A stretch of 34,950 nucleotides of DNA. It comes from a virus (taxonomy: Duplodnaviria; Caudoviricetes). This document shows positions 17,577 to 28,200 of this stretch, one piece after another (within the stretch, counting starts at the first letter, position 1; the number at the start of each line of letters is the position of its first letter). The notes beneath the pieces were generated by a model. It saw nothing but the letters and a program-made list of their open reading frames with translations. It had not been told where the DNA came from and did no database searches. Location: IMG/VR virus record IMGVR_UViG_3300030330_003158, positions 1 through 34,950 of that record; one strand, 5' to 3'. The position numbers and the translations under genes were made by a program.

Positions 17577-20500
17577 ATGTCATTTCAGATTGGTTCTATC
17601 AATAAAAAGTTTAACGCTGAATCGGACTCCTTTAGGCGTTCTTTCAAGTTAACTCATAAGGATGACCCAATCTTCCATAAGGAGTTTGATGGGTCTAGCA
17701 CCACTGACGTTCTAGTTGGTGGTGATACTTTTGTTATTGATAATCACTTCTTTGTAACCGGCGAGCAACTACAATATACATCCGACGCTACTCCTATTGC
17801 TATTGATGGTTCCAGTCCGGGAGTAGGTGGTGGTACTACACTACCACAGACAGTATTTGCGGTTAAGACAGCAGAAAATAAATTCCAGGTAGCGGCAACG
17901 AAAGCACTTGCCCTGACAGGAGATATTATCAATCTAACTGCGGTTGGATCAGGAACCACACACAGTTTTACAGCGAGAAAGCAGAATACCAAGTGTATCA
18001 TTGCTCTAGACAATATTATCCAGTCTCCAGTTTATGAAAGAGTTGGTGCTGGAACTACTCTAGATCAAATTCTAAACAGAGTTGTCTCCCTACATGATGT
18101 TGGCACGTTTAGACCGTATGATCTCCTAAAGATCGATGATGAGATCATGCGTATCCAAGTTGTTGGATACAATGGAAATGCTAATGACGTATTTGTTGAC
18201 AGAGCATGGTTGGGTACAGAGCAGGCTACTCATAGTGTAGGTGCTGATGTTAAATTCCTACAAGGTGACTACAATATTATCGATGATACCATCACTTTTG
18301 TAGATACTCCTTTTGGTGGGATTAGAGAAGATCTAAAATTCTCTGATTCCGAGGTCAATGTTGCCACTGACAGTTTTACTGGTATTAGTGACTTTCTCCA
18401 AACAGGATCCCAAGTAAAACTTAGATCTCTTAACCCACCAGCACCGTTGGTAGGTAATGATGATTATTTCATCATCAAAAACGCAGTAAACAACTTCAGT
18501 TTTGCTGCCACAAAGGGTGATGCTCTAACTGGTGTTGGTATTACCTTGACCACTGCCGGTATTGGCACACATAGAGTTGTCTTTGTTGACACTGCCAATG
18601 GTAGTTCTTTCCAAGGTAGATCATTCATCAGAAGTGACTATTCTGGCAATATCATCATTGACGACGTTGCTCAGAACTTTACTGGCATCGCAAAAACATT
18701 TACGATTCGCGAAAACGGATCTGACATTACTGGAATCACCACTGATAATGGTGCTATTCTAATCAACAACATTTTCCAGAAACCAGAAATCGATTATAAC
18801 TTTATCGGTGGTTCTGCTACTGGTATTACATCTGTCGCTTTTACAGGGAACGCAACGAACACTGTAAGTCTATCGGATGTAAACGCTAATAAACTACCCA
18901 GAAAGGGTCAAATTGTTTCTGTTGCCAGCACTCAAGGATATGGATATCAACCCAGACAGACCGGAATCGGAACCGCAGTGGTCAGCGGATTTGGAACAAT
19001 CACTGTTGCTATGGGATTCACTGGCAGCGGATATAGAAATCCTCCAACCACTTATAGAGTTTTTGTCGATGGCGGAAATCCTACGACTGGCGCTGCTGGC
19101 ACATTTACTGTCGAAGGGGGATTCGTAAAGGATATCTTTATGAATACCGTTGGAGCAGGTTACACCTGGACCAACGTTCCACGTCTTACTCTTGACGAAC
19201 CCGTAGGGTATGATGATTTCCAGTTGATCTCTGGTTCTACTGGTGTTGGTGCTTCTGTAAGTGTAGTGGTCGGTGCTGGATTGAGTATCGAATCATTCAC
19301 ACTTAATAACGTCGGATACGGATTTACTATTGGTGAGCAACTAAGTATTGCCGGTATCCCAACAAATACTGGTATTGGCACCACTTTCCGTAATGCTATT
19401 TGGACTGTAACCGATACTCAGGATGATGAGTTTGCTGGTTGGGTATTTGGTAAACTACAAATTCTAGACGACTTCTCTTCGGAGTTCGACGGTAGAAAGA
19501 CTGTCTTCACCATCAAAGAAAATAATATTCCCTTGAGTATTGAAGGTGGAACGTCAGCACCTATCGATGTAGAATTCAACCTATTGATATTCCTAAACGA
19601 TACGCTACAAGAACCAAATACATCGTATGTGTTTGATGGTGGTACTCAAATTGAGTTTACAGAACCTCCTGTAGCAGGCACATCGATGCAGATTATGCTG
19701 TATCGTGGAACTGATTCTGATGTATCCATTGAGGGTGCTCTGAATACGGTGAAAATCGGCGATACCTTGAAGATTATGAAGGATCGTAAACAGATTACAC
19801 CAATTAGTCAGTTAAAGCGTGTAGTTACTGCTATCACATCCAGAGATACGCTAAGAACTAACGTATATACTAAGGACGGTATTTCTAATCAAACATCGCC
19901 ACTCCGCCCAGTCATCTGGTGTAAGCAGCAAGATGACAAATTTATTGAGGGTAGAGTTGTAAACAAATCCAGACTGGAATATGCAGCAGCAGTCAGACCA
20001 TCCGCCCGCCTCATTCAAAGTGTGGGTACTACAGACAATACGTACTACACTGGTGGCGGTAGCCTTATTTTTAGTAAAACGGAGGCACCGGATACTACGT
20101 CCTTTGCGGTCCAAATCGTTGACGAGGACAAAAACAACACAGGATTTGGTACAACTACGTTCATCAATCCAGTTGAAACTGTCTCAGGCGTGTCTGTCGC
20201 AGGTGACGAAGGCATTATCACTGGTATCGGAACTACTGCGGGAGGAATCCAATTCAACTTCCACATCCCACTAGATTCTCAACTCAGAGTTAATGAATTT
20301 GGTGGTATCCTCAAGACCGGTATTGCTACAGGTGACTACTTCCTAGTTACTCGTTCCAACATTGGTAGTGGTGTTACTGCTCTTTCTCAAGATCGCACAG
20401 TTGCGATTGGTTCCTGTTCTGACTTCATAGATACTGTGTTCCAAGTTGGACACATTGAGGATATTACTCCGGTAGGAACAGCATCTTCGATGAGGATCCA

Positions 20501-20708
20501 CGTAAACGTAGAGACCGGTCACGGTCTTAACTTCACCGGTCTAGGGTCTGGTGTTGGTAACTACTACGGCAACTTCAGTTGGGCAAGATTTAGTTCTGGT
20601 TCTAGAACCGGTCTAGCGTTCACCTGCAATACGTCTGATGGTCTAACTGGACTGTCTACTGCTCCTACAATCTTTAGATCTACAAATCTATCCCTAGATT
20701 ACTCCTAA
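17577..20708 (+). CDS. Baseplate-associated structural protein, 1043 aa; probably the separated C-terminal portion of gp7
   Basis: Lies between gp7 and gp8; carries the same beta repeat modules as gp7 (e.g. NHFFVTGEQLQY) and Gly/Thr-rich composition. Confidence 0.7.
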   Translation: MSFQIGSINKKFNAESDSFRRSFKLTHKDDPIFHKEFDGSSTTDVLVGGDTFVIDNHFFVTGEQLQYTSDATPIAIDGSSPGVGGGTTLPQTVFAVKTAENKFQVAATKALALTGDIINLTAVGSGTTHSFTARKQNTKCIIALDNIIQSPVYERVGAGTTLDQILNRVVSLHDVGTFRPYDLLKIDDEIMRIQVVGYNGNANDVFVDRAWLGTEQATHSVGADVKFLQGDYNIIDDTITFVDTPFGGIREDLKFSDSEVNVATDSFTGISDFLQTGSQVKLRSLNPPAPLVGNDDYFIIKNAVNNFSFAATKGDALTGVGITLTTAGIGTHRVVFVDTANGSSFQGRSFIRSDYSGNIIIDDVAQNFTGIAKTFTIRENGSDITGITTDNGAILINNIFQKPEIDYNFIGGSATGITSVAFTGNATNTVSLSDVNANKLPRKGQIVSVASTQGYGYQPRQTGIGTAVVSGFGTITVAMGFTGSGYRNPPTTYRVFVDGGNPTTGAAGTFTVEGGFVKDIFMNTVGAGYTWTNVPRLTLDEPVGYDDFQLISGSTGVGASVSVVVGAGLSIESFTLNNVGYGFTIGEQLSIAGIPTNTGIGTTFRNAIWTVTDTQDDEFAGWVFGKLQILDDFSSEFDGRKTVFTIKENNIPLSIEGGTSAPIDVEFNLLIFLNDTLQEPNTSYVFDGGTQIEFTEPPVAGTSMQIMLYRGTDSDVSIEGALNTVKIGDTLKIMKDRKQITPISQLKRVVTAITSRDTLRTNVYTKDGISNQTSPLRPVIWCKQQDDKFIEGRVVNKSRLEYAAAVRPSARLIQSVGTTDNTYYTGGGSLIFSKTEAPDTTSFAVQIVDEDKNNTGFGTTTFINPVETVSGVSVAGDEGIITGIGTTAGGIQFNFHIPLDSQLRVNEFGGILKTGIATGDYFLVTRSNIGSGVTALSQDRTVAIGSCSDFIDTVFQVGHIEDITPVGTASSMRIHVNVETGHGLNFTGLGSGVGNYYGNFSWARFSSGSRTGLAFTCNTSDGLTGLSTAPTIFRSTNLSLDYS

Positions 20709-20711
20709 ATA
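20705..20711 (+). promoter_or_regulatory. Late promoter box CTAAATA overlapping a stop codon, upstream of gp8
   Basis: TCCTAAATAAC, TAA stop at 20706-20708. Confidence 0.65.
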
Positions 20712-20732
20712 ACAAAAAAAGTCTAGAAGAGA

Positions 20733-22271
20733 ATGCCAGCGATCATTACTGATCAAATCAGGGTGTTGAATGCATCTAACTTTGTCAGTGGAATTTCTAC
20801 CACTGATAACAGTTACTATGTGTTCATTGGTCTTCCTAACGCGACTGATGTAGAAGCCGACTGGAATACTAATACTCCTGCTCCGATCGACAACTTTGAC
20901 GATCATGATGATATCTATGATACCCTGATTTCGGCGAAGAAGATCGCTGCTGCTGACACACTGCGTGTCATCCGTAAGATCTCCTGGACTACAGGTACCA
21001 TCTATGAGATGTACCGTCATGATTATGATATCAACAATCCGTCTCCACAGACGAATTCGTCGAGTTTGTATCAAACAAACTACTATGTGATGAACTCGGA
21101 CTTCCGAGTTTATGAGTGTATCTCAAACGGCGCAGATCCTTCCAACAGCGGCAAGGGCATCGCATCGCTAGAAGAACCCACCCATACTGATCTACAACCC
21201 CGTCTAGAAAGTGACGGATACGTTTGGAAATATCTTTATACAATTAAACCGGGTGATATTGTCAAATTCGACAGTGTTGAGTATATCCCAGTTCCTTCTA
21301 ATTGGAGCACTAATACTGAAGTATCAGACGTTAGAAGTGCTGCTGTCGAGGGTAAGATTGAGACAGTCGTAATTAAGGACACAACCAACGCTTCATATCA
21401 GTTTAGTGGCACTAAAAACGGTGTTCCTATTCGTGGTGATGGTCATGACGGCGAAGCGTCGGTTACCTTTGTTAATGGTAAACCAACCGCAGTACAGGTG
21501 ACAAATGGTGGCGCAGGTTACACTTTTGCTACTCTTGACCTTGATAGTGTTGTAACGGGTTCTAACGCAGTATTTGATGTCATCATTCCTCCTCCTGGTG
21601 GACATGGTGCTGACATCTACCGCGAACTGGGTGCTAGCAAGGTTCTAATTTATTCCAGAATTGAGAACTCTGATACCACAAACCCAGACTTCCCGACGGG
21701 TAACCAGTTTGCCCGTATTGGTGTTATCAAGAACCCTGAAGTTCATGGTACTACCAACCTACTGACCGCCTCAAGTGCTTCCGGTGTTTATGGCATCCGT
21801 CTAGCAGGTGCCGCCACAAGCACGATGAGTGTTGCTGTGGATGGTGAGATCACTCAAACTATCGGTATTGGTTCTACTGCTATCGGTAAAATCATTTCTT
21901 ACGATCCAGTAACCAAATTCCTACGTTATTGGCAGGATAGAGACCTTGCTACCAAGTCTTCTACCGGTCAAATTCCCACTTACGGATACCGTCTAAATAA
22001 ATTCACGAGCACTCCAGGGACAGGTGGTAGCGTCAACATCGTTGTCACAACCACTACTGGAACTGAAACCGTCGGCATTGAGACCACCTTTACTGGTGTG
22101 TCAACCTCTGTGAACTCTAAGACTTACTACTTTGGTCAGTCTATCACTGATGGTCTTGCCTCGCCTGAGATCAAAAAGTACTCTGGTGACATTATCTACG
22201 TTGATAACAGACCTGAAGTAACCAGAGCTGCTAATCAAAGAGAAGATATCAAAATCGTTCTAGAATTCTGA
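20733..22271 (+). CDS. gp8: Baseplate wedge subunit gp8
   Basis: MPAIITDQIR, YYVFIG, WTTGTIYEMYRHDY, DGYVWKYLYTI, PPGGHG, KYSGDIIYVDNR...QREDIKIVLEF. Confidence 0.92.
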   Translation: MPAIITDQIRVLNASNFVSGISTTDNSYYVFIGLPNATDVEADWNTNTPAPIDNFDDHDDIYDTLISAKKIAAADTLRVIRKISWTTGTIYEMYRHDYDINNPSPQTNSSSLYQTNYYVMNSDFRVYECISNGADPSNSGKGIASLEEPTHTDLQPRLESDGYVWKYLYTIKPGDIVKFDSVEYIPVPSNWSTNTEVSDVRSAAVEGKIETVVIKDTTNASYQFSGTKNGVPIRGDGHDGEASVTFVNGKPTAVQVTNGGAGYTFATLDLDSVVTGSNAVFDVIIPPPGGHGADIYRELGASKVLIYSRIENSDTTNPDFPTGNQFARIGVIKNPEVHGTTNLLTASSASGVYGIRLAGAATSTMSVAVDGEITQTIGIGSTAIGKIISYDPVTKFLRYWQDRDLATKSSTGQIPTYGYRLNKFTSTPGTGGSVNIVVTTTTGTETVGIETTFTGVSTSVNSKTYYFGQSITDGLASPEIKKYSGDIIYVDNRPEVTRAANQREDIKIVLEF

Positions 22272-22272
22272 C

Positions 22273-25200
22273 ATGCCACAGAACACCAACCTAAACGTCA
22301 ACCCTTACTTCGACGATTTTGATCCGAATAAAAAGTTCAATAGGGTTTTATTCAAACCCGGAACTCCGGTTCAAGCAAGGGAACTAACTACCCTACAGTC
22401 TATCCTACAGGATCAGATTGAGAAGTTTGGTAGTCATATCTTCAAAGAAGGATCCATGGTCATCCCTGGATCCATTGCGTATGATGAGAGATATTATGCT
22501 GTAAAGGTAGAATCTACGTTTTTTGGTGTTCCCGTAGAACTATACCTAGACAAAGTTGTAGGTCTAAGAATTCGTGGCAAGCAGTCTGGCGTAACTGCTG
22601 TTGTCAAGAAGGTTCTTACTGCTGCTGAGTCTGTAGAAGACATAACAACCCTTTATATCAAGTATCAAAAGTCTAACTCCGAAGATTTTGAGACTCAGAG
22701 TTTCACAGATGGCGAGAATCTGGTAACTGAGGCAGACTTTACTTACGGAACCACCACGATTGAGGCAGGTTCTGACTTTGCTACCTGTGTTCTAACCAAT
22801 GCCACTGCTACTGCCAGTGCTTTCTCTGTTGAGGAAGGTGTATTCTTCGCAAGAGGTGCCTTTGTCCAAGTTGAGTCTGAAACTATCCTACTTGACCAGT
22901 ATACAAATACTCCTTCGTATCGCGTCGGATTCCAAGTAGTAGAAGAAATCGTAACTGCTGTAGAAGACGACAGTCTATATGACAATGCTGCTGGTTTCTC
23001 CAACTTTACCGCACCTGGTGCGGATCGTCTAAAAATTAGTCTAGTTCTTTCTAAGAAAGCACTTGATAATTTCCAAGACCAGAACTTTATCGAACTCTTC
23101 CGTACCAAACAAGGAGAGGTCAAAAAGATCGTAGAGAATACGGTCTATAGTGAAATTGCCAAAGAACTCGCACGTAGAACTCACGACGAGAGCGGTGACT
23201 ATTATATCAATCCATTCCTAATCGAAGCAGAAGAAACACTAAACGATAGGCATTCTCAGTTTGGTGCTTTCTTCTCCAACCAAAAGACTGATGATGGAAA
23301 CAATCCTACTAAGGACATGGTTTCTATCAAAGTTGGTCCTGGTAAGGCATATGTAAAGGGTTTTGAGGTAGAGACTCCTGGTGCCATCTATGTGGATGCC
23401 AACAAACCAAGAGAAACCAGACTAGTAGAAGCAGAAAGCGTTCCTTTCCAGGCAGGCAACCTAGTTCGTGTAAATAATGTATATGGAGGTGCTAGCGTAG
23501 GCATCGCTACTACAGGGTATGTCGATCTCCGTAGTCAGCGCCTAGGTTCTGATCGTGATGCAGCAGCAGGTCAATCTGTCGGTCGCGCTAGAGTCTATGA
23601 CTACAAAGTTTCTGCGGGTGCATATACAGACGCTTCATCTACTTTTGATCTCTTCCTGTTTGATATCCAAACAGACACAGAACTTACTCTAAACGAAACA
23701 CTAACACTAGCTGCTCCTGCTTTGGTTGAGGGCAAGCGTTCTGGTGCTAGAGGTTTCCTAAGAACTCAAACTGGAACAACACTAACTCTACACCAAACTG
23801 CTGGTCAGTTCATGGTGGATGAACCTATTGCTGTTGATGGTGTAGACAACGGTAGGATTATTACCGAAGTAAAAGAATTTGATATTACTGACGTTAAATC
23901 TATTCGTCAGGAAGTCGGTGTTCAGACCTTCAGTGCTGACACTGTTCTTGAAGAAAGAAAGAAATATTCACAACAATTCAACTTTAACTCCACCACAGTA
24001 ACCAGTTCTTCCGGTAACTGGTCTGTAGGTATCAAAGAAGGAGATATTATCTCATATGTCAGTGGCAATGGTGGAACTAGGTTCAACCGTGTTGCTGGTA
24101 TTGGTGCTGATGGAAGCAGTCTGACTGTTGCCGCAGTTGAGGATGTTACCGGTGTATGTGATGGTGATCTACCTGGTAACGTAAACGTTGCCGGTATCAG
24201 TATTGTATCGCCAAGACTTCGTGGATCTAGCAGTGGTTATCTCTACGCTGAGATGCCACAGAAGTTTGTTGAGTCTGTAGATCTAACTCGTTCAGACATC
24301 TTTGTTCGCAAAGAATACCGTGGCAGAAGCACTGACGGATCAGGTCAAACCGACCTACCATCACTAAGCGGAACTGACTTCGTATACACTCCATTTGACG
24401 AAGAGCGTTATACAGTTCTATATGAAGACGGTACTATCGAACCACTGACCAGTGATCAGTTTGCCATTACCAGTGGTGGAAAAGGTGCTACTCTTTCTGG
24501 TTTAACTGCTAGCGAATCTAACGTTGTTGTCGTAACGACACAGCAAAAGAGTAAGGTAACTGCTAAGAACAAGGTTCTAAGTCGCTGCCAGAGTTTAGTC
24601 GTCAATAAGTCCAAGCACGAGTATTCTGGTGTCAGCACTGCTAACCAGGACGGTCTAGATTACAGTAATGCTTACGGTCTACGTGTTCAGGATAGAGAGA
24701 TCTCTCTAAACACCGCAGATGTAGTAAGGATTCTTGCGGTATTCGAGTCTTCTTCTGCTGCTGACCCAATCGTTCCTAGCATTACCCTAACAGGTCTAAA
24801 CGGTCCAAACTCCGACAACACTGACCTAATCATTGGTGAGCAGATCATCGGTAATGTATCTGGTGCTTCTGCTACTATCTTGGAACTTGACGGTTCTAAC
24901 GGCATTCGCATTGTCAAAGAGAATCCTGAAGTATTCATCAAGAACGAAGAGGTAACATTCTCTGAAAGTGGTGTTGTTGCTAAGATCAGTTCTCTATCTG
25001 CTGGTGATAAAGAAATCACCGCAAGTTTCATGCTCGATGGCGGTCAACGTCGTGAGTTTGTTGACTTCGGTAGACTTGTAAGAAGACAGAATGCTGCCGA
25101 ACCATCCAGAAGACTAAGAGTATTCTTCGATAAGTTTATTGTTGAGTCTGATGACAGTGGTGAGATCGTAACAGCATCTAGTTACAGTTCTGACGTATAC

Positions 25201-28200
25201 GACATCGTTCCTGGGTTTGCTGGCATCAGAAACACTGATGTCATTGACCTAAGACCTCGTGTTGCTGATTACAGCGGCAGTCTATCACCATTTGAGTGGT
25301 CATCTAGAAACTTCAGTGCCAATGGTCAGTCTATTCCTAACGTTCTAGTAAGTGATGAGAACATCACATTCGATTATAGACATTACCTAGGTCGTGTTGA
25401 CAGACTATTCCTCAACAGAGACACAACATTCACTCTTGTAGAGGGCACACCTTCTATTGCTCCTACTGCTCCAGAAGGATTGACAAGTTCCTTCGAACTT
25501 GCCGAGATCACATATGCTCCATATGTTCTCGATGTAAATCGTGATATCACTATTGAGGATAAATCCAACAGACGTTACACGATGCTTGACATCGGTAACC
25601 TTGAGAACAGAATCGAAAATCTAGAGACTGTAACTACACTATCTCTACTCGAAGCAAAGACAGAAGCACTAACTGTCAAAGATCCAGACACCGGACTAGA
25701 CAAGTTTAAGACTGGTTTTGCTGTTGATAACTTCGGTTCATTCGATCTTGCCGATAAGACCGTCCCATCACTCAATTACAACATTGAGAATGGCACCATG
25801 GTTCCTCGTGCCAACTTTGATAGCGTAGACCTTCTAGTTGGTTCTGAAGCACTCATCGGTCTAAACGGAACTCCAGATCCTACGGTTGATCCATTCTATG
25901 CTACTGATATTGGTTCTCCAAACCTAAGAAAGACTGGTAATCTCATTACCATGGACTACAGTGAGGTTGAGGACTTTAAGCAACCATTTGCTAGTAGAGC
26001 AGTAAACGTAAACCCATTCGATGTTGTTACCTGGTCAGGTAAGATGTCACTCAATCCTAAAGAGGATTATTGGGTTGAGAAAGAGTTTGTAACCATTGAT
26101 GGTGGATTTGGTGAAACTGAAGTTATCACTGAAACATCTGCTATTCCAAAACTAAGATCTCAAAACATTGAGTTCGTTGCTACGAGACTTAAGCCATCTA
26201 CCAAGATGAACACTAAGTTCTCTAGTAAGGACATGTCCAAGCAGAGGAAACTCACCATTCCTAAACTACTAGAGGTAACTCCAGTTAAGGGTGCTTTCCA
26301 AGTTGGTGAGACTGTACGAGGCGAAGGAGACAACGCAGAAATCAGATTCCGTCTTGCTTCTCCTAACCATAAGGATGGTCCATACAATGCTCCAGTAGCA
26401 TTCTTTAACACCAACCCATACACCAATACTGGTATTTCTTCTTCTTACAGCGACACTACGACGCTACTGAACATTGATACTAAGAGTTTGACCCAGAAGT
26501 CCAATGAGACTTTCTACGGTCGTGTCGTCAAGGACATGAAACTCATTGGTGAGACCAGTGGTGCTGAGGCAACTATCAGCAAAGTCCGTCTAGTTTCTGA
26601 CGAGACTGGTGCTCTAGTTGGATCTATTCATATCCCACCAAAAAATCCAGACTTCTCCAATGGTACAAACCTAGCAGAAGTAAGTGCCAAACCAAGCAAA
26701 ATTCCTGGTATTCCTACCAGTAACGCGAAGGCGAACTTTACATCTAAAGGTGATCTGATTGTAGAAACTACTATTATTAGAAAACCACCTCCACCGCCAC
26801 CACCACCACCAGCTCCGCCACCACCACCGCCAGTGCAGGAGGATAGTGATCCGCTAGCCCAGTCCTTTAGGGTGACGGAAACTCCTGGTATCTTCATGAC
26901 ATCTGTGGATATCTTCTTCGCTACGAAGAGTGAGAATATCCCAGTTATGCTAGAGATTGTAACTCTAGTCAATGGATACCCATCTCAAAATGTTCTAGGA
27001 TTCAAGGTTCTAGATGCGGTTGATGTCAAGACATCTGCGGATGCTAAGACACCAACACAATTCACCTTTGACTTCCCAGTATATCTTGAGACCGGTGAAT
27101 ATGCTTTAGTAATCAAGGCAGATACTCAGGATTATAACTGCTGGGTTGCCCGTATGGGTGAGGAAGATATCTCTACGAAGGATCTTCCAGAACTACAGAA
27201 AGTTATCATTAACAAGCAACCTTCATTGGGTTCCCTATTCAAGTCGCAGAACGCTTCTACGTGGACTGCTTCTCAACTAGAAGACCTCAAGTATGTTGCT
27301 CGTAAGGCGAAGTTTGTTACTGGTGAAGGAACATTTAAGATGTTCAATCCTCAGTTGGATGCTGACAATGAGAAGTATCTACTACAAACAAATCCAATCG
27401 AAATCTTCTCTAAGAAGGTAACATTGGGTCTGTCGTCTGCCGTTACCAACGAATTTGTAGTTGTTGGTAGTGAGATTAGACAAACTGGTAGAACCTCCGC
27501 AGGTTTCATTGAGGCAAAACTAGGTCCTGTCGCTATCGGCGGTACAGGTCTAAACATCACTAACGCAGGTGTAGGTTATCCTAATGGTGCTGGTCAGGCA
27601 ATCACGTTCCAGACTCAAACTGGATCTGGTAGTGGTCTAACTGGTATCGTAACTGTAACTGGTGGAACAGTTGATAGCGTAAGCGTCAACGCGACTGGTA
27701 CAGGTTATGCCGTGGGTGACACCGTAACTGGTACGATTGGTGCTGATGGACTGGGCAGAAGTCTAGTCTTCACGGTCGGAGTCGTCACTTCTACCAACAG
27801 CCTCCGCCTAACGAATGTAACTGGTCAAGACTTTAACACGTCTGCTGATCTACTACACGTTCCTACCGCCGGTCCTGCTGCTGGTATTGGTTCTACCATG
27901 ACCAATATCAATCCAACTGCTGTTACCATCAACAATAATGAGTTTGATGGAACACACTTCCGTGTTCAGCAGCGTAACCACGGTATGCATGCCGCCAACA
28001 ATACCGTAAGGATTGTTGGTGCTGTTGGTGATCAGATTCCAACTACAATCACCGTCGGGTACGCCGCAAGTTCTATCGAGAACATTAGTGTTGGTAACAG
28101 TGCCACATTTAACTTCTTCGAAGGTGCTCAGGTAACCGCTGACAACCCTGGTTATGCTCTGATCAACAAAGAAATCATTGCTTACACGGGTGTTGGTAAC

